Source: an uncultured Ectothiorhodospiraceae bacterium
GTDB taxonomy: Bacteria; Pseudomonadota; Gammaproteobacteria; UBA9214
Assembly: GCA_947258615.1 (NCBI GenBank)
Contig: CAMYIX010000043.1
Location: 72,973-136,972, forward strand
Reading direction: 5' to 3'
DNA: 64,000 bases
In this document: one piece after another, positions 49,880 to 60,097 of the stretch
Numbering within the stretch: the stretch's first letter is position 1
How the letters are laid out: the number at the start of each line of letters is the position of its first letter
The notes under the pieces: generated by a model
Told to the model about the DNA's origin: nothing
The model's database searches: none
The model's input: the letters and a program-made list of their open reading frames with translations, nothing else
Program-made: the position numbers and the translations under genes

Positions 49880-50689
49880 ATGGCCGGCGCGACGACCCCG
49901 CCCGTGACCCTTGCCACCCTGCAGCAGATGAAAGCACGGGGTGAGAAGATTGCCTGCCTGACCTGCTACGACAGCAGTTTCACCCGGGTGCTCGAGGCGG
50001 CTGGCGTCGAGGTGTTCATAATCGGCGATTCGCTGGGCATGGTGCTCAAGGGGCATGAGTCGACCGTGCCGGTGACGGTCGCCGACATGATCTACCATGC
50101 CGCGAATGTGGCGCGTGTCGGGCAATCCGCGCTGCGGGTGGTCGATATGCCGTTCATGAGTTATGCCAGCCCCGACCAGGCGCTGGGGAATGCCGCGCGC
50201 CTGATGGGCGAGGGCGGGGCCCACATGGTCAAGCTGGAGGGCGGGGCCGACAAGGCGGCCATCGTGGAACGCCTGGTCGCGCATGCCATCCCGGTGTGCG
50301 GGCACATCGGCCTGCTGCCCCAGTCGGTACACCAGCTGGGGGGCTACAAGGTGCAGGGCCGGGACGAGGCCGGTGCCCGGGCTCTGCTGGACGATGCCCG
50401 GGCCCTGGAACAGGCCGGCGCCGGCCTGCTGGTGATGGAGTGTGTGCCGGCCGGACTGGCCACGCGGATAAGTGCTGCCGTCGGTATCCCCACCATCGGT
50501 ATCGGCGCCGGGCCGGGTTGCGACGGGCAGGTGCTGGTGCTCTACGACTTGCTGGGTATTACCCACGGCCGGCGCCCGCGCTTCGTCCGGGACTTTCTGC
50601 ATGACACCGGCACTGTTGCGGCGGCAATCGAGGCCTATGTTGCCGCCGTCAAGGACGGTTCCTTCCCCGCCGCCGAACACTGTTTCTGA
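49880..50689 (+). CDS. panB: 3-methyl-2-oxobutanoate hydroxymethyltransferase
   Basis: LTCYDSSF, VKLEGG and GHIGLLPQS motifs; start at MAGATTPPVTLATLQQMK. Confidence 0.9.
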   Translation: MAGATTPPVTLATLQQMKARGEKIACLTCYDSSFTRVLEAAGVEVFIIGDSLGMVLKGHESTVPVTVADMIYHAANVARVGQSALRVVDMPFMSYASPDQALGNAARLMGEGGAHMVKLEGGADKAAIVERLVAHAIPVCGHIGLLPQSVHQLGGYKVQGRDEAGARALLDDARALEQAGAGLLVMECVPAGLATRISAAVGIPTIGIGAGPGCDGQVLVLYDLLGITHGRRPRFVRDFLHDTGTVAAAIEAYVAAVKDGSFPAAEHCF

Positions 50690-50698
50690 CTGGCCCTT

Positions 50699-51550
50699 AT
50701 GATTAGCGCCCGCACGGCTGACGACCTGCGTGCCCGCATACGCGAATGGCGCGTCCGGGAGAACCGCATTGCCTTTGTCCCGACCATGGGCAACCTGCAT
50801 GCCGGCCACCTGCGGCTGGTGCGGCATGCGCGCGCCATTGCCGACCGGGTGGTGGTCAGTATCTTTGTCAACCCGATGCAGTTCGGCCCCACTGAGGATT
50901 TCACCCGCTATCCGCGTACCCTCGAGGCGGATCGTGCCGCGCTGATGGAAGCAGATGCGGACCTGCTGTTTGTGCCGGATGTCGAGGTCGTGTATCCACG
51001 CGGCCCGGAACAGACGACCCGCGTCGAGGTGCCCGGGCTGGGTGACATCCTCTGCGGCGCATCCCGCCCCGGGCATTTCGCCGGGGTGACCACTGTGGTG
51101 GCCAAGCTGTTCAACCTGGTGCAGCCGGACACCGTGGTGTTCGGCGAGAAGGACTACCAGCAGCTGGTCATCATCAGGCGCATGGTGGAGGACCTGAATA
51201 TGCCCATCGGTATCGAGGGTATCGCCACCGTACGCGAGCCGGACGGCCTCGCAATGAGTTCGCGCAACCGCTATCTTCAGGCCGGGGAACGGGCCACTGC
51301 GCCACACCTTTACCAGTTGCTCTGCGAGGTGCGCAACCAGCTCGTTGCCGGGGAGCGGAACTATGCCGCTGTCGAGCGGGCGGCCCTGGAGGCGCTTGCC
51401 CGGCTCGGGTTCGAACCCGACTATGTCAGCATCCGCCGGGCCGCCGACCTGGCGTCTCCCGGGGCTGCGGATCAGGTCCTCAGGGTGCTGGGCGCAGCCC
51501 GTCTGGGCGCAACGCGTTTGATCGACAATATCGGAATATCAATTGCTTAG
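50699..51550 (+). CDS. panC: pantoate--beta-alanine ligase
   Basis: VPTMGNLHAGHL HIGH-like motif, RPGHFAGV, and KDYQQ; 283 aa. Confidence 0.9.
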   Translation: MISARTADDLRARIREWRVRENRIAFVPTMGNLHAGHLRLVRHARAIADRVVVSIFVNPMQFGPTEDFTRYPRTLEADRAALMEADADLLFVPDVEVVYPRGPEQTTRVEVPGLGDILCGASRPGHFAGVTTVVAKLFNLVQPDTVVFGEKDYQQLVIIRRMVEDLNMPIGIEGIATVREPDGLAMSSRNRYLQAGERATAPHLYQLLCEVRNQLVAGERNYAAVERAALEALARLGFEPDYVSIRRAADLASPGAADQVLRVLGAARLGATRLIDNIGISIA

Positions 51551-51651
51551 ACGATAAACCTTATGAAGAATATCTGCTGTTTTCTTGAACTCTGGTGCCC
51601 AAATCGGGATAATCACGCCTTGCTAATGTACGCAAAGGGACTGACCCAGGA

Positions 51652-52032
51652 ATGCAAATTACCCTGTTGAAATCCAAGCTCCACCACGCCCGTGTCACAC
51701 ACTCGGAACTCGAGTACGAGGGCTCCTGTGCGATCGACGGCCGCCTGCTGGAGGCCGCGAATATCCACGAGTACGAACAGATCCAGATCTACAACCTGGA
51801 CAATGGCGAGCGTTTCACCACCTACGCCATCCGCGCGCAGGATGGCAGCGGTACCATCTCCGTGAACGGCGCGGCCGCTCACAAGGCGCGACCGGGTGAC
51901 CGCGTCATTATTTGTACCTATGCCGTGCTGTCGCAGCAGGAAGCCGCGACCTTCAAGCCGACCCTGATCTATCTCGATGCAGATAACCGCATCAAGGACT
52001 CCCGCCACGCCATCCCGGTGCAGGTCGCATAG
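51652..52032 (+). CDS. panD: aspartate 1-decarboxylase
   Basis: [16 protein letters not shown]...YEGSCAIDG with a Gly-Ser self-cleavage site; 126 aa. Confidence 0.9.
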   Translation: MQITLLKSKLHHARVTHSELEYEGSCAIDGRLLEAANIHEYEQIQIYNLDNGERFTTYAIRAQDGSGTISVNGAAAHKARPGDRVIICTYAVLSQQEAATFKPTLIYLDADNRIKDSRHAIPVQVA

Positions 52033-52039
52033 CTCACGG

Positions 52040-52110
52040 GAAAAAGGTGTCAGGAACCTTTTTTACAGGAACCTTTTTCATTGTTATAAAAATGGTTCCT
52101 GACACGCTGG
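52040..52110. terminator. convergent-gene terminator region with nested hairpins between panD and the DMT transporter gene
   Basis: GGTGTCAGGAACC (52046-52058) pairs with GGTTCCTGACAC (52093-52104). The motif CAGGAACCTTTTT is present twice. A/T runs lie on both strands. Confidence 0.35.
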
Positions 52111-52124
52111 TGTCGTGTCACGTT

Positions 52125-52997
52125 TCAAGCGACGATCAAATACACGCCCGCGATCATCATCATCCCGGCCGCAAGGTTGCGTGACAGCCCGGTCTCGCTA
52201 AACAGCCAGGCCCCGTAGAGCATGCCGAACAACAGGCTGGTGCGTTTCACCGCGATCATATAAGCCACCTCGACGTGCTCGATGGCGTAGAAATGGGTCA
52301 CGACCATGGCGCCCATGAACAGCCCCACCAGCAGGTAGGCCCAGGGGTGGTGTCCGAGGGCGCGCCAGCTGCGCACATCGCGTGAGGCAAATATCAGCGA
52401 GGCCACCACACCCAGCAACACGAAATAAAACGGGCCAAAGAATCCCGGCGACACATACTGCAGTGCGCCTTTCCCCAGAACCGAGGTCAGGCTGTAGAGT
52501 GCGGCCACCACCAGCATGAGCCGTGAACCGCGCTCGCGGACAATCGCCCGGAACGGCGCCAGTACATCGAGCCGCGGCCCGCTGTTGGCCGCTCCCAGGT
52601 TCAGTAGCCAGGCCCCCCACACCACCAGCATGATCCCGGTGAAGCCCAACCAGCTGATCGTTTCACCGAGCAGCACATAGCCGGTGACGATATTGAACAC
52701 GGGCGTGAAGGCGAGGTAGGGCAAGGTCAGGGACAGGGGGCATTCCCGGATTGCCGCCATGTAGAGCCACATGGCGAGGATCTCCAGCGGCAGCAGGGTG
52801 GCCACCCAGCCCCAGAACGGCAACGGGAGTGCCGGCCAGGGTTGCAGCCACAGCAAAGGCAGCAGCAGTACCCCGGTCACCCCGAAACGCACCAGCACCA
52901 ATTCGCCCGGGCGTAGATGAGACAGCTGGCGTTTCGTCAGGGTGTCCGCCGTGGCGAGACAGAACGCCGAAATCAGGGTCAGGCCAAGCCAGGACAT
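52125..52997 (-). CDS. DMT-superfamily (EamA-like) transporter
   Basis: 10 predicted TM helices with two EamA-like halves; 290 aa. Confidence 0.7.
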   Translation of the reverse strand: MSWLGLTLISAFCLATADTLTKRQLSHLRPGELVLVRFGVTGVLLLPLLWLQPWPALPLPFWGWVATLLPLEILAMWLYMAAIRECPLSLTLPYLAFTPVFNIVTGYVLLGETISWLGFTGIMLVVWGAWLLNLGAANSGPRLDVLAPFRAIVRERGSRLMLVVAALYSLTSVLGKGALQYVSPGFFGPFYFVLLGVVASLIFASRDVRSWRALGHHPWAYLLVGLFMGAMVVTHFYAIEHVEVAYMIAVKRTSLLFGMLYGAWLFSETGLSRNLAAGMMMIAGVYLIVA

Positions 52998-53464
52998 GGA
53001 GCAGTGTCACTCAGGGGTGCCGTTGATGCAGTCGGAGCCACGGGCCGCGGGACTGCCCTGCAGGGAAAGCATTGCTCATCATGGATCATTCGCTGGCCGT
53101 TGATCGTCAATTATCAGTCGTTCCGGGACCTGCAGGTCGCCGTCAAGGTATGCAATTCCCTCATTAACGGGTACTGTCCGGGCGCCTGCGCGACGTCCGG
53201 CCACCCACTGAGAGATGGGCACAGCATTCATTATAAGTGACTGATAAATATATTAAAGCAGAATCAGTCCCAGAGACCTGCCGGGGTGCGCCCACGAACT
53301 ACCGACTGGCTTGCCGCATAAACCCTGCCCAAGGGGGCTGTTTCCTGGCATTTTCCTTCAGTCTGGCACGCAATTTGCCGTAACTAACTCAATAGACAAA
53401 AACCCCGGCCTGTACGTCATATATTTGACGGCCTCGCCGGTCCTGTTATGTTTCGAGGTAATGC

Positions 53465-53995
53465 ATGGATACGCCCTCAGAAGTCGCATCGCGCCAGTTC
53501 GAGGCCGCCGTCAAGGCGGGCGGTCTCGAGATCCTGAAGTTCATGATTCCGGGGATGCGCATGTGCGCACCGCTGGGGAACATGATCAAGGTGCTGCCGT
53601 TGATGGAGTTGCAGCCGGTTCCCGGTGGTCCCCGATACCTGCGTGGCCTGATGAATCTGCATGGCCGGAGCATCCCGGTCATCGACCTGGCCGCCCGCCT
53701 CGGTTACGGCGGTTATACCCGTTGCACCCTGGAGACACCGATTCTGCTGTGCGAACACGGGGGGCTGCAGACCGGCTTGATTGTTGACAAGGTCATCGGC
53801 GTTGAAACCCTGGAACAGGACGCCTGGCAACAGACGCCCGCCTTCGACAATGCCGGCCTGCTGCTGAACGGGACCGTGCAGACCCGGTTCGGGCCATCCC
53901 AGGTACTGTGCATGGAGCGGGTGATCGCAATCGACCTGGGTGGCTCGCATCATCCCGTGGCGCCCGGTGATGGTGATATCGAGGAATCCGCATGA
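53465..53995 (+). CDS. cheW: CheW-like coupling protein
   Basis: CheW domain (LRGLMNLHGRSIPVIDLAARLG...LIVDKVIGVETL); the stop overlaps the cheR start. Confidence 0.75.
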   Translation: MDTPSEVASRQFEAAVKAGGLEILKFMIPGMRMCAPLGNMIKVLPLMELQPVPGGPRYLRGLMNLHGRSIPVIDLAARLGYGGYTRCTLETPILLCEHGGLQTGLIVDKVIGVETLEQDAWQQTPAFDNAGLLLNGTVQTRFGPSQVLCMERVIAIDLGGSHHPVAPGDGDIEESA

Positions 53996-55515
53996 CGGGC
54001 ACAAGCTGCCTGTCTGATGAGTGCAGCGGCTGCCGGACGGTAACCTGGCAGCAGGAGACGGAGCTGTGCGATTACCTGCGTGTGCGTACCGGCATCGTCA
54101 TTCATGAGCACCAGCGTGATGACCTGCGTGCCACGCTGCAGAGCGCAGTAACCCGTTTCGGCTACGCGCAAGCCGACGACTATATCCAGCATCTCCACGA
54201 ATGCAGTCCCGACAACCAGGAGCTTGAATACCTGATTGCCAATGTCACCGTCGGCGAGAGTTATTTCTTTCGGGACAAGGGCCAGATGGAGTTCCTGCGC
54301 ACGGGGTGGTTGCCGCAGCTTGTGGCGCGAGGAAAGGGGCTTCCCGGTTCGGTTCGTGTCTGGAGCGCCGGCTGCTCGCACGGCCAGGAGATCTATTCCC
54401 TGGCAATCATGCTTCACGAAGGGGTTCCTGCACGCGCGCAGTGGAACCTGCAACTGCATGCGACCGATATCAATGCCGAGGCCCTGACCGTCGCTGTCGC
54501 GGCCCGCTACAGCTCATGGTCATTCAGATCCACGCCCGAGGCGATATGCAAGCGCTACTTCAGTCCTGTAAATAATGAATTCCAGTTGCGGGAAGAAATT
54601 AGCTCCATGGTGAATTTCTCCTACCTGAACCTGGTCGAGGATGAATTCCCGACTATCACCGGTGGTCTGCATTCAATGGACCTTATCCTGTGCCGTAATG
54701 TCTTTATCTACTTCGATGCCGCCACGGTCGAGGCCGTGATGAGAAAATTCGCCCGCTGCCTGGCACCCGGCGGCGTACTGATGCTGGGCGGGGCCGACAT
54801 GGTCAATGTCGATATCGAAGGCCTGGAAATGCAGCGGGCCGGGGGTGTTTTCTACTACCGCCGCACGGGCCTGGATCGGGTCGTCGATTTGTGGGCACCG
54901 GAGCCCGTGTACCTTGACAATAGCGGCGACGCGGATGATGTGCCGGCAGCGGTGTCCCGCGAAGAGGCATTAGCGGCCGATGCAACCCCGGAAAAGACCG
55001 AATCTATCGAAACGCTTGATCAGCTGGTTTCACAGCAACGCTGGAACGAGGTCCTGGTGGCGGCAGATGCCTGCCTTGACGGAGAAGGCGAAAGCGCCAC
55101 GGTGCTGTTGCACAAGGCCTGTGCCCTTGCCGGCCTGGGTCGGCTCGGGGAGGCAGCGCAATTGTCACAGCAGGCCGCGCTACTGGATCCGATGGACAAG
55201 CACGCACACTTTCTCCATGCGCTGGTGCTGATCGAGCAGGGTGATCCAGATTCCGCCGAGAGTGGTATGCGCAAGGCACTGTATATCGATCCCCGTTTTC
55301 TGGAGGCGCATCACCAGCTCGGCCTGCTGCAATTGCGGCAGGGCCAGCGTGACAAGGGTGTGAAAAGCCTGGTGAATGCGCTGGAAATCGCCGAGGCCGG
55401 TGATCCGGAATGCACCATTCACGGCGCCGCCGATATGACCTACCAGCGCATGGCTGAAGTCCTGCGCAAGGAAATCGATATCTATAGCAGTACCACTTCG
55501 GAGTCGTCAGCATGA
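53992..55515 (+). CDS. cheR: chemotaxis protein methyltransferase CheR with C-terminal TPR repeats (WspC-like)
   Basis: CheR SAM-binding region VRVWSAGCSHGQEIYSLAIML...ILCRNVFIYFD plus about 3 TPR repeats at the C-terminus; 507 aa. Confidence 0.8.
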   Translation: MTGTSCLSDECSGCRTVTWQQETELCDYLRVRTGIVIHEHQRDDLRATLQSAVTRFGYAQADDYIQHLHECSPDNQELEYLIANVTVGESYFFRDKGQMEFLRTGWLPQLVARGKGLPGSVRVWSAGCSHGQEIYSLAIMLHEGVPARAQWNLQLHATDINAEALTVAVAARYSSWSFRSTPEAICKRYFSPVNNEFQLREEISSMVNFSYLNLVEDEFPTITGGLHSMDLILCRNVFIYFDAATVEAVMRKFARCLAPGGVLMLGGADMVNVDIEGLEMQRAGGVFYYRRTGLDRVVDLWAPEPVYLDNSGDADDVPAAVSREEALAADATPEKTESIETLDQLVSQQRWNEVLVAADACLDGEGESATVLLHKACALAGLGRLGEAAQLSQQAALLDPMDKHAHFLHALVLIEQGDPDSAESGMRKALYIDPRFLEAHHQLGLLQLRQGQRDKGVKSLVNALEIAEAGDPECTIHGAADMTYQRMAEVLRKEIDIYSSTTSESSA

Positions 55516-56123
55516 GCGGCAAGCCATCAACAAAACCGGAAATTACGGAATCTTCCGAGCTGACAGGGCGCCAGCCTTCCTGGGTGCCGGCGTCCAGGCA
55601 GGCACGCAGGGTGATGCGTGAGCGGGCCGGGTTGTTGGCTCAGCCAGAGGTTGCGGATGAGACGGCGCTGGTACAGGAACCCTATATCCGCTTCCGCCTG
55701 GGTGTACAGGAGCACTACGGGATTCCCTATACGCATGTCGAAGAGATCATGGATGCCGGCAGCATTTGTCCTGTGCCCGGCGCCCCGGGATTCGTGCTGG
55801 GGGTGAGGAACCGCCGCGGCGAGATGCTGACGGTGCTGGACCTTAAGGAATTCTTCCGTCCGGCGCGTGACGAGGAATACGCAGAAGACGCACTCATCAT
55901 CGTGGTTAAGGCGCAGGGGATGCAGGCGGGGATACTGGTGAACGAGGTAATCGGCAATGACGAGTACGCGCTCAGCGAGCTCGACACGCCGTTGCCAGCC
56001 GGGGGGATCCGTGACCTGCGGCACATACGTGGTATCTACAGGGGTCGGGTCGCCCTGATGGACATGGAGTCATTGTTCAGCGACCCGATGCTGAATGTAA
56101 GTCAATCGGTCGGCGCGGGCTGA
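55512..56123 (+). CDS. CheW-like coupling protein (second copy, WspD-like)
   Basis: CheW domain (GVLAPGFVLGVRNRRGEMLTVLDL...ILVNEVIGNDE) with an N-terminal ~50-aa extension. Confidence 0.7.
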   Translation: MSGKPSTKPEITESSELTGRQPSWVPASRQARRVMRERAGLLAQPEVADETALVQEPYIRFRLGVQEHYGIPYTHVEEIMDAGSICPVPGAPGFVLGVRNRRGEMLTVLDLKEFFRPARDEEYAEDALIIVVKAQGMQAGILVNEVIGNDEYALSELDTPLPAGGIRDLRHIRGIYRGRVALMDMESLFSDPMLNVSQSVGAG

Positions 56124-56144
56124 CCCGGTATCAGGAGAGAAACG

Positions 56145-57695
56145 ATGTCAGCAAACATGTTGGAACAGGGTAGTGAACTGGTGCGGCACATGGGGATTGA
56201 CCATGCAGAGCAGCAGTCGCGCAAGGCATTCATCGATTTTGGCATGGAGGATGTCCAGCTGCTGCGCGAGTTGAAGCCGCTGATCCAGGAAAATGCCGAT
56301 TCCATCGTTGACGGCTTCTACAGCAATATCGAACGTTACGATGAACTGATTTCGATCATCCGCGATGCCGGTTCGTCGATCGAACGGCTAAAGGCGGCGC
56401 AGAAGCAATACCTGCTGGAATTGTTCGACGGTGATTACGGCACTGCCTACGTGGAACGCCGGCTGAAGATCGGGATCGTGCATAACAAGATCGGGCTGAC
56501 GCCGCGCTGGTACCTGGGGAGCTACAGCGTTTATTCGCAGCTGATCTACCCGCTGATCAACAAGAAATTCCGCTTCAACAGCGGCAAGGCGCTGAAGGCG
56601 GTCACGGCCGTGAACAAGATCCTCACCTTTGATGCGCAACTGGCCATCGACACCTATATCAATGCCGTCATGATGGACCTGAAAAGCGTTTCCCTGTCCA
56701 AGGATGATATCGAAAATACGGTAGTGAGATACCGCAATTTCATTGAAAAGGTCGCGACTGGTGACCTGTCCCAGAGCATAGAGGTCAACGGCGACGACGA
56801 CCTGGGTCAGCTGGGGGTACAGCTCAACACGATGACCCAAAGCCTTGCTGCCATGGCACGCCAGACCAGCGAGGCCAGCAACAGTATGTCTGTCACCCTG
56901 AACCAGATGCTGGGAACCGTCAGTACCCAGTCCTCCGGGGCCTCGGAACAGGCCGCGGCCGTCAACGAGGCGACCACCACGCTGGAGGAAATCCGGGCCA
57001 TATCCATGCAGACGAGGGAAAAGGCAGAGGCACTGGGTGCAACGGCAGAACGCACGCGCAAGGAGGGCGAAAAAGGCATGGAGTCCGTCGACCAGACAGT
57101 TTCCGGTATGCAATCTATTCGGGAAAAGGTGGAAGGTATCGCCGAGAACATCCTGGCACTGAGCGAGCAGACCCAGCAGATCGGTGAGATCACCGCTACC
57201 GTGAGTAATCTGGCGCACCAGCTGAAGATGCTGGCACTGAATGCCTCGATCGAAGCCGCCAAGGCAGGGGATGCCGGCAAGGGTTTCGCGGTGGTGGCGG
57301 CCGAGGTGAAGAACCTGGCAGAGCAGTCACAGCAGGCGACCGAACAGGTAAACTCCATTTTGCATGAGATCCAGCACGCCACCGACAAGGCAGTCATGGT
57401 GACGGAGGAGGGCAGCAAGGGTGTGGACGAAGGCATGAGCCTGGTCAACAAGGCAGGTACGACGGTACGCAAGCTGACCGAGGTGATCAAGGAAAGTGCC
57501 CTGGCGAGCCAGCAGATCGCCGCCTCGGTCCGTCAGGAAGCGACCGGGATCGACCAGATCACCACCGCAATGGGTGACATCAACGGGGCCACATCGCAGT
57601 TCGTCAGTGCGACCAAGCAGACGCGGGAAGCGGCCGAGGACCTGGGGCAGTTGGCTACGCAGCTGCGCGACAGTGCCAATGCCTACAAGCTCTAG
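56145..57695 (+). CDS. globin-coupled sensor methyl-accepting chemotaxis protein (HemAT-like; soluble, no TM segments)
   Basis: N-terminal sensor-globin (protoglobin) domain with proximal-His region YVERRLKIGIVHNKIGLTPRWYLGSYSVY. C-terminal MCP signalling domain with the conserved hairpin tip (ALNASIEAAKAGDAGKGFAVVAAEVKNLAEQS). Confidence 0.75.
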   Translation: MSANMLEQGSELVRHMGIDHAEQQSRKAFIDFGMEDVQLLRELKPLIQENADSIVDGFYSNIERYDELISIIRDAGSSIERLKAAQKQYLLELFDGDYGTAYVERRLKIGIVHNKIGLTPRWYLGSYSVYSQLIYPLINKKFRFNSGKALKAVTAVNKILTFDAQLAIDTYINAVMMDLKSVSLSKDDIENTVVRYRNFIEKVATGDLSQSIEVNGDDDLGQLGVQLNTMTQSLAAMARQTSEASNSMSVTLNQMLGTVSTQSSGASEQAAAVNEATTTLEEIRAISMQTREKAEALGATAERTRKEGEKGMESVDQTVSGMQSIREKVEGIAENILALSEQTQQIGEITATVSNLAHQLKMLALNASIEAAKAGDAGKGFAVVAAEVKNLAEQSQQATEQVNSILHEIQHATDKAVMVTEEGSKGVDEGMSLVNKAGTTVRKLTEVIKESALASQQIAASVRQEATGIDQITTAMGDINGATSQFVSATKQTREAAEDLGQLATQLRDSANAYKL

Positions 57696-57734
57696 CATGT
57701 CGCTGATACGAACAGGAAGGCGGCGGTACTGAGT

Positions 57735-60056
57735 ATGGATATCGATCCGAAACTGATGGAGCAGCTGCTTGAGACCTTCCGGGTGGAACTCGATGAACAG
57801 CTGCAGGCGATTACCGAGGGCCTGCTGCGGCTGGAGAAGCATCAGCAGGCGGCTGCGCGCCAGGAGATACTCAAGCGGATATTCCGTTCGGCACACAACA
57901 TCAAGGGTGCTGCGCGTGGTGTCGGCATCACCGGCGTGGCAGACATTGCCCATCAGCTGGAGTCGCTGCTCAGCACCCTGAAGGAAAGCAACAGCCCCCC
58001 GTCTGCCGGCGTGATCGACCTCTGTCTCGAGGCCATCGACAAGACCTGGCAGGCCATGAAGGCGTATGACACGGGTGCCGAGGCCGGTTTCGATATGCAG
58101 TCCCTGCTGGGTCGCCTGGAACAGGCGTCCTGCCAGCCATCCGCGCCCGAGACTGTGCCGGAACCGGGGTCGATGCAGGCCGCGGCCCCGGATATGCCCG
58201 AGTGGCCCGCCGAGACCGATTCCCGGATTGAGGCAGCTGAGGCCCGGTCTGACGCGCAGGCCACAGCGCAGGAAAAATCAGAATCAACGGCGCCTGCCAG
58301 TGGCCGGGAGCGCTCCCCGGGCGGGGTAGAGGTGGTCCGGGTGACGACCGACAAGCTGGATCGGGTGTCGGCCCTGGCCGAGGAGTTGCAGGTTGCAAAG
58401 ATCGGACTGCATGACCAGTTCAGCGGTGTCCAGATGATCATCGACAGCATCAATGCCCTGGCCCGGAGCTGGTCAAACACGAAATGTCCGAGCCCCCATA
58501 ACCAGGCGGCACCTGCGGATGAAACCAGGCAGCTGATCGTGAACAGCGGGGAAGCCCTGGCCGCAATCGGCAGGGCAGCGTCGCAGTTGCAGAAGAAGAT
58601 GCGTGCCACTCATAACCGCGTCGGTCTGGTGTCGCAATCCCTGCAGTCGGATGTACGCATGCTGCGCCTGGTACCCGTTGCCACCGTACTCAGACCACTG
58701 CTGCGACCGATGCGCGATCTGGCGCGCGAACTGGGGAAATCGGTCACTCTGCATATCTCGGGGGACGACGTAGAGATGGATCGGGTGGTTCTGGAAGGGG
58801 TGCGTGATCCGCTGGTACACCTGCTGCGCAATGCCATCGACCACGGCATCGAGGCACCGGAGAAGCGCTGCGTGTCGGGCAAGCAGGAGGAGGGCAATAT
58901 CTTCATCGCTGTGCATTGCGAAGGCGGGGAAATCATCATCAGCGTGCGCGATGACGGTATTGGTATCGATCCCCGGCACATTGGCGAGGTGGCGCTCAGG
59001 AAAAAACTCATCAAGCCGGCCGAACTGGAAGGCCTGAATGACAGGGAACTGCTTGACCTGGTCTTCCGTCCCGGGTTCTCCAGCAGGGAGTCGGTGAGTA
59101 CGGTATCCGGCCGCGGGGTCGGGCTGGACGTCGTGTATGAGAACCTCGCTGATCTGAAAGGCAGCGTGCAACTCGAATCCGAGCCTGGCCAGGGTGCCTG
59201 TTTTATCTTGCGCATGCCGCTCACCCTGACCACGGAACGCGGACTCCAGGTCCGCGTAGGCAGCCAGAAGTTGGTGATACCCAGTGTTTCGGTAGAACAT
59301 ATTCTCGACCTGCTCCCCGAGCAGATTGCCGAGGTGGCGGCCGGGCAGGTGATCCTGGTCAACAAGCGTCCGGTGCCATTGCGTGAACTGGGTGCCACCC
59401 TCGGTCTGGAGGGCGACCAGCTTGCCGATGACACGCGTCTGCCCGTCGTGGTGATTTCGAAGGGATGGCGTATGGTGGCCTTCGTGGTCAACGAGGTGGT
59501 CGGAGAGAGGGAAATCGTTATCAAGCCGTTGACGCGGCCGCTGGTTGCGGTCAGCAATATTACCGGCGCGACTCTGACTGGTGGCGGCGACATCATGATG
59601 GTGCTCAATGCCGGTGACCTGATCGAAACGGCGTTGAGCTCAACGGCCGGCACTTCGATTCTAGGTCCACACGGGGACGAGGAGCAGGTGGTCACGCCGC
59701 ACGTACTTATCGTGGATGACTCGCTGACAACCCGTACCCTGGAACGCAACATACTTGAATACCAGGGGTACGATGTCACCGTGGCCAACGACGGACAGCA
59801 GGCCTGGGAAACCCTGCAGGACAGGCGCTTTGACCTGGTGGTTTCGGACATCGAGATGCCGCGGATGAACGGCTTCGAGCTGACGGAACGCATTAAGCAA
59901 AGTGAGCACCTGGCCGATATACCGGTAATTATCGTTTCTTCACTTGCCGCTGACGCCGAGAAACAGCACGGCATCGAGGTAGGAGCGGACGCCTATATCG
60001 TCAAGGGCCAGTTCGAAACACACGCGCTGCTAGAGGTGGTGCGGCGCTTTATTTGA
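57735..60056 (+). CDS. cheA: CheA histidine kinase fused to a C-terminal receiver (WspE-like)
   Basis: Hpt (SAHNIKGAARGVG), HATPase (NAIDHGIE...GRGVGLD), CheW-like regulatory domain, then REC (VLIVDDSLTTR...DLVVSDIEMPRMNG). Confidence 0.85.
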   Translation: MDIDPKLMEQLLETFRVELDEQLQAITEGLLRLEKHQQAAARQEILKRIFRSAHNIKGAARGVGITGVADIAHQLESLLSTLKESNSPPSAGVIDLCLEAIDKTWQAMKAYDTGAEAGFDMQSLLGRLEQASCQPSAPETVPEPGSMQAAAPDMPEWPAETDSRIEAAEARSDAQATAQEKSESTAPASGRERSPGGVEVVRVTTDKLDRVSALAEELQVAKIGLHDQFSGVQMIIDSINALARSWSNTKCPSPHNQAAPADETRQLIVNSGEALAAIGRAASQLQKKMRATHNRVGLVSQSLQSDVRMLRLVPVATVLRPLLRPMRDLARELGKSVTLHISGDDVEMDRVVLEGVRDPLVHLLRNAIDHGIEAPEKRCVSGKQEEGNIFIAVHCEGGEIIISVRDDGIGIDPRHIGEVALRKKLIKPAELEGLNDRELLDLVFRPGFSSRESVSTVSGRGVGLDVVYENLADLKGSVQLESEPGQGACFILRMPLTLTTERGLQVRVGSQKLVIPSVSVEHILDLLPEQIAEVAAGQVILVNKRPVPLRELGATLGLEGDQLADDTRLPVVVISKGWRMVAFVVNEVVGEREIVIKPLTRPLVAVSNITGATLTGGGDIMMVLNAGDLIETALSSTAGTSILGPHGDEEQVVTPHVLIVDDSLTTRTLERNILEYQGYDVTVANDGQQAWETLQDRRFDLVVSDIEMPRMNGFELTERIKQSEHLADIPVIIVSSLAADAEKQHGIEVGADAYIVKGQFETHALLEVVRRFI

Positions 60057-60097
60057 TTGCCGTTGCGGCGACAGAAACACACCGGACCAGGTAGCCA

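Noticed and set aside
53311-53787. 158-aa ORF upstream of and overlapping the first cheW.
   Set aside because: It lies in the operon's promoter/leader region, overlaps the well-supported CheW frame, is Arg/Pro/Gly-rich and has no motif; likely a GC-driven artefact.
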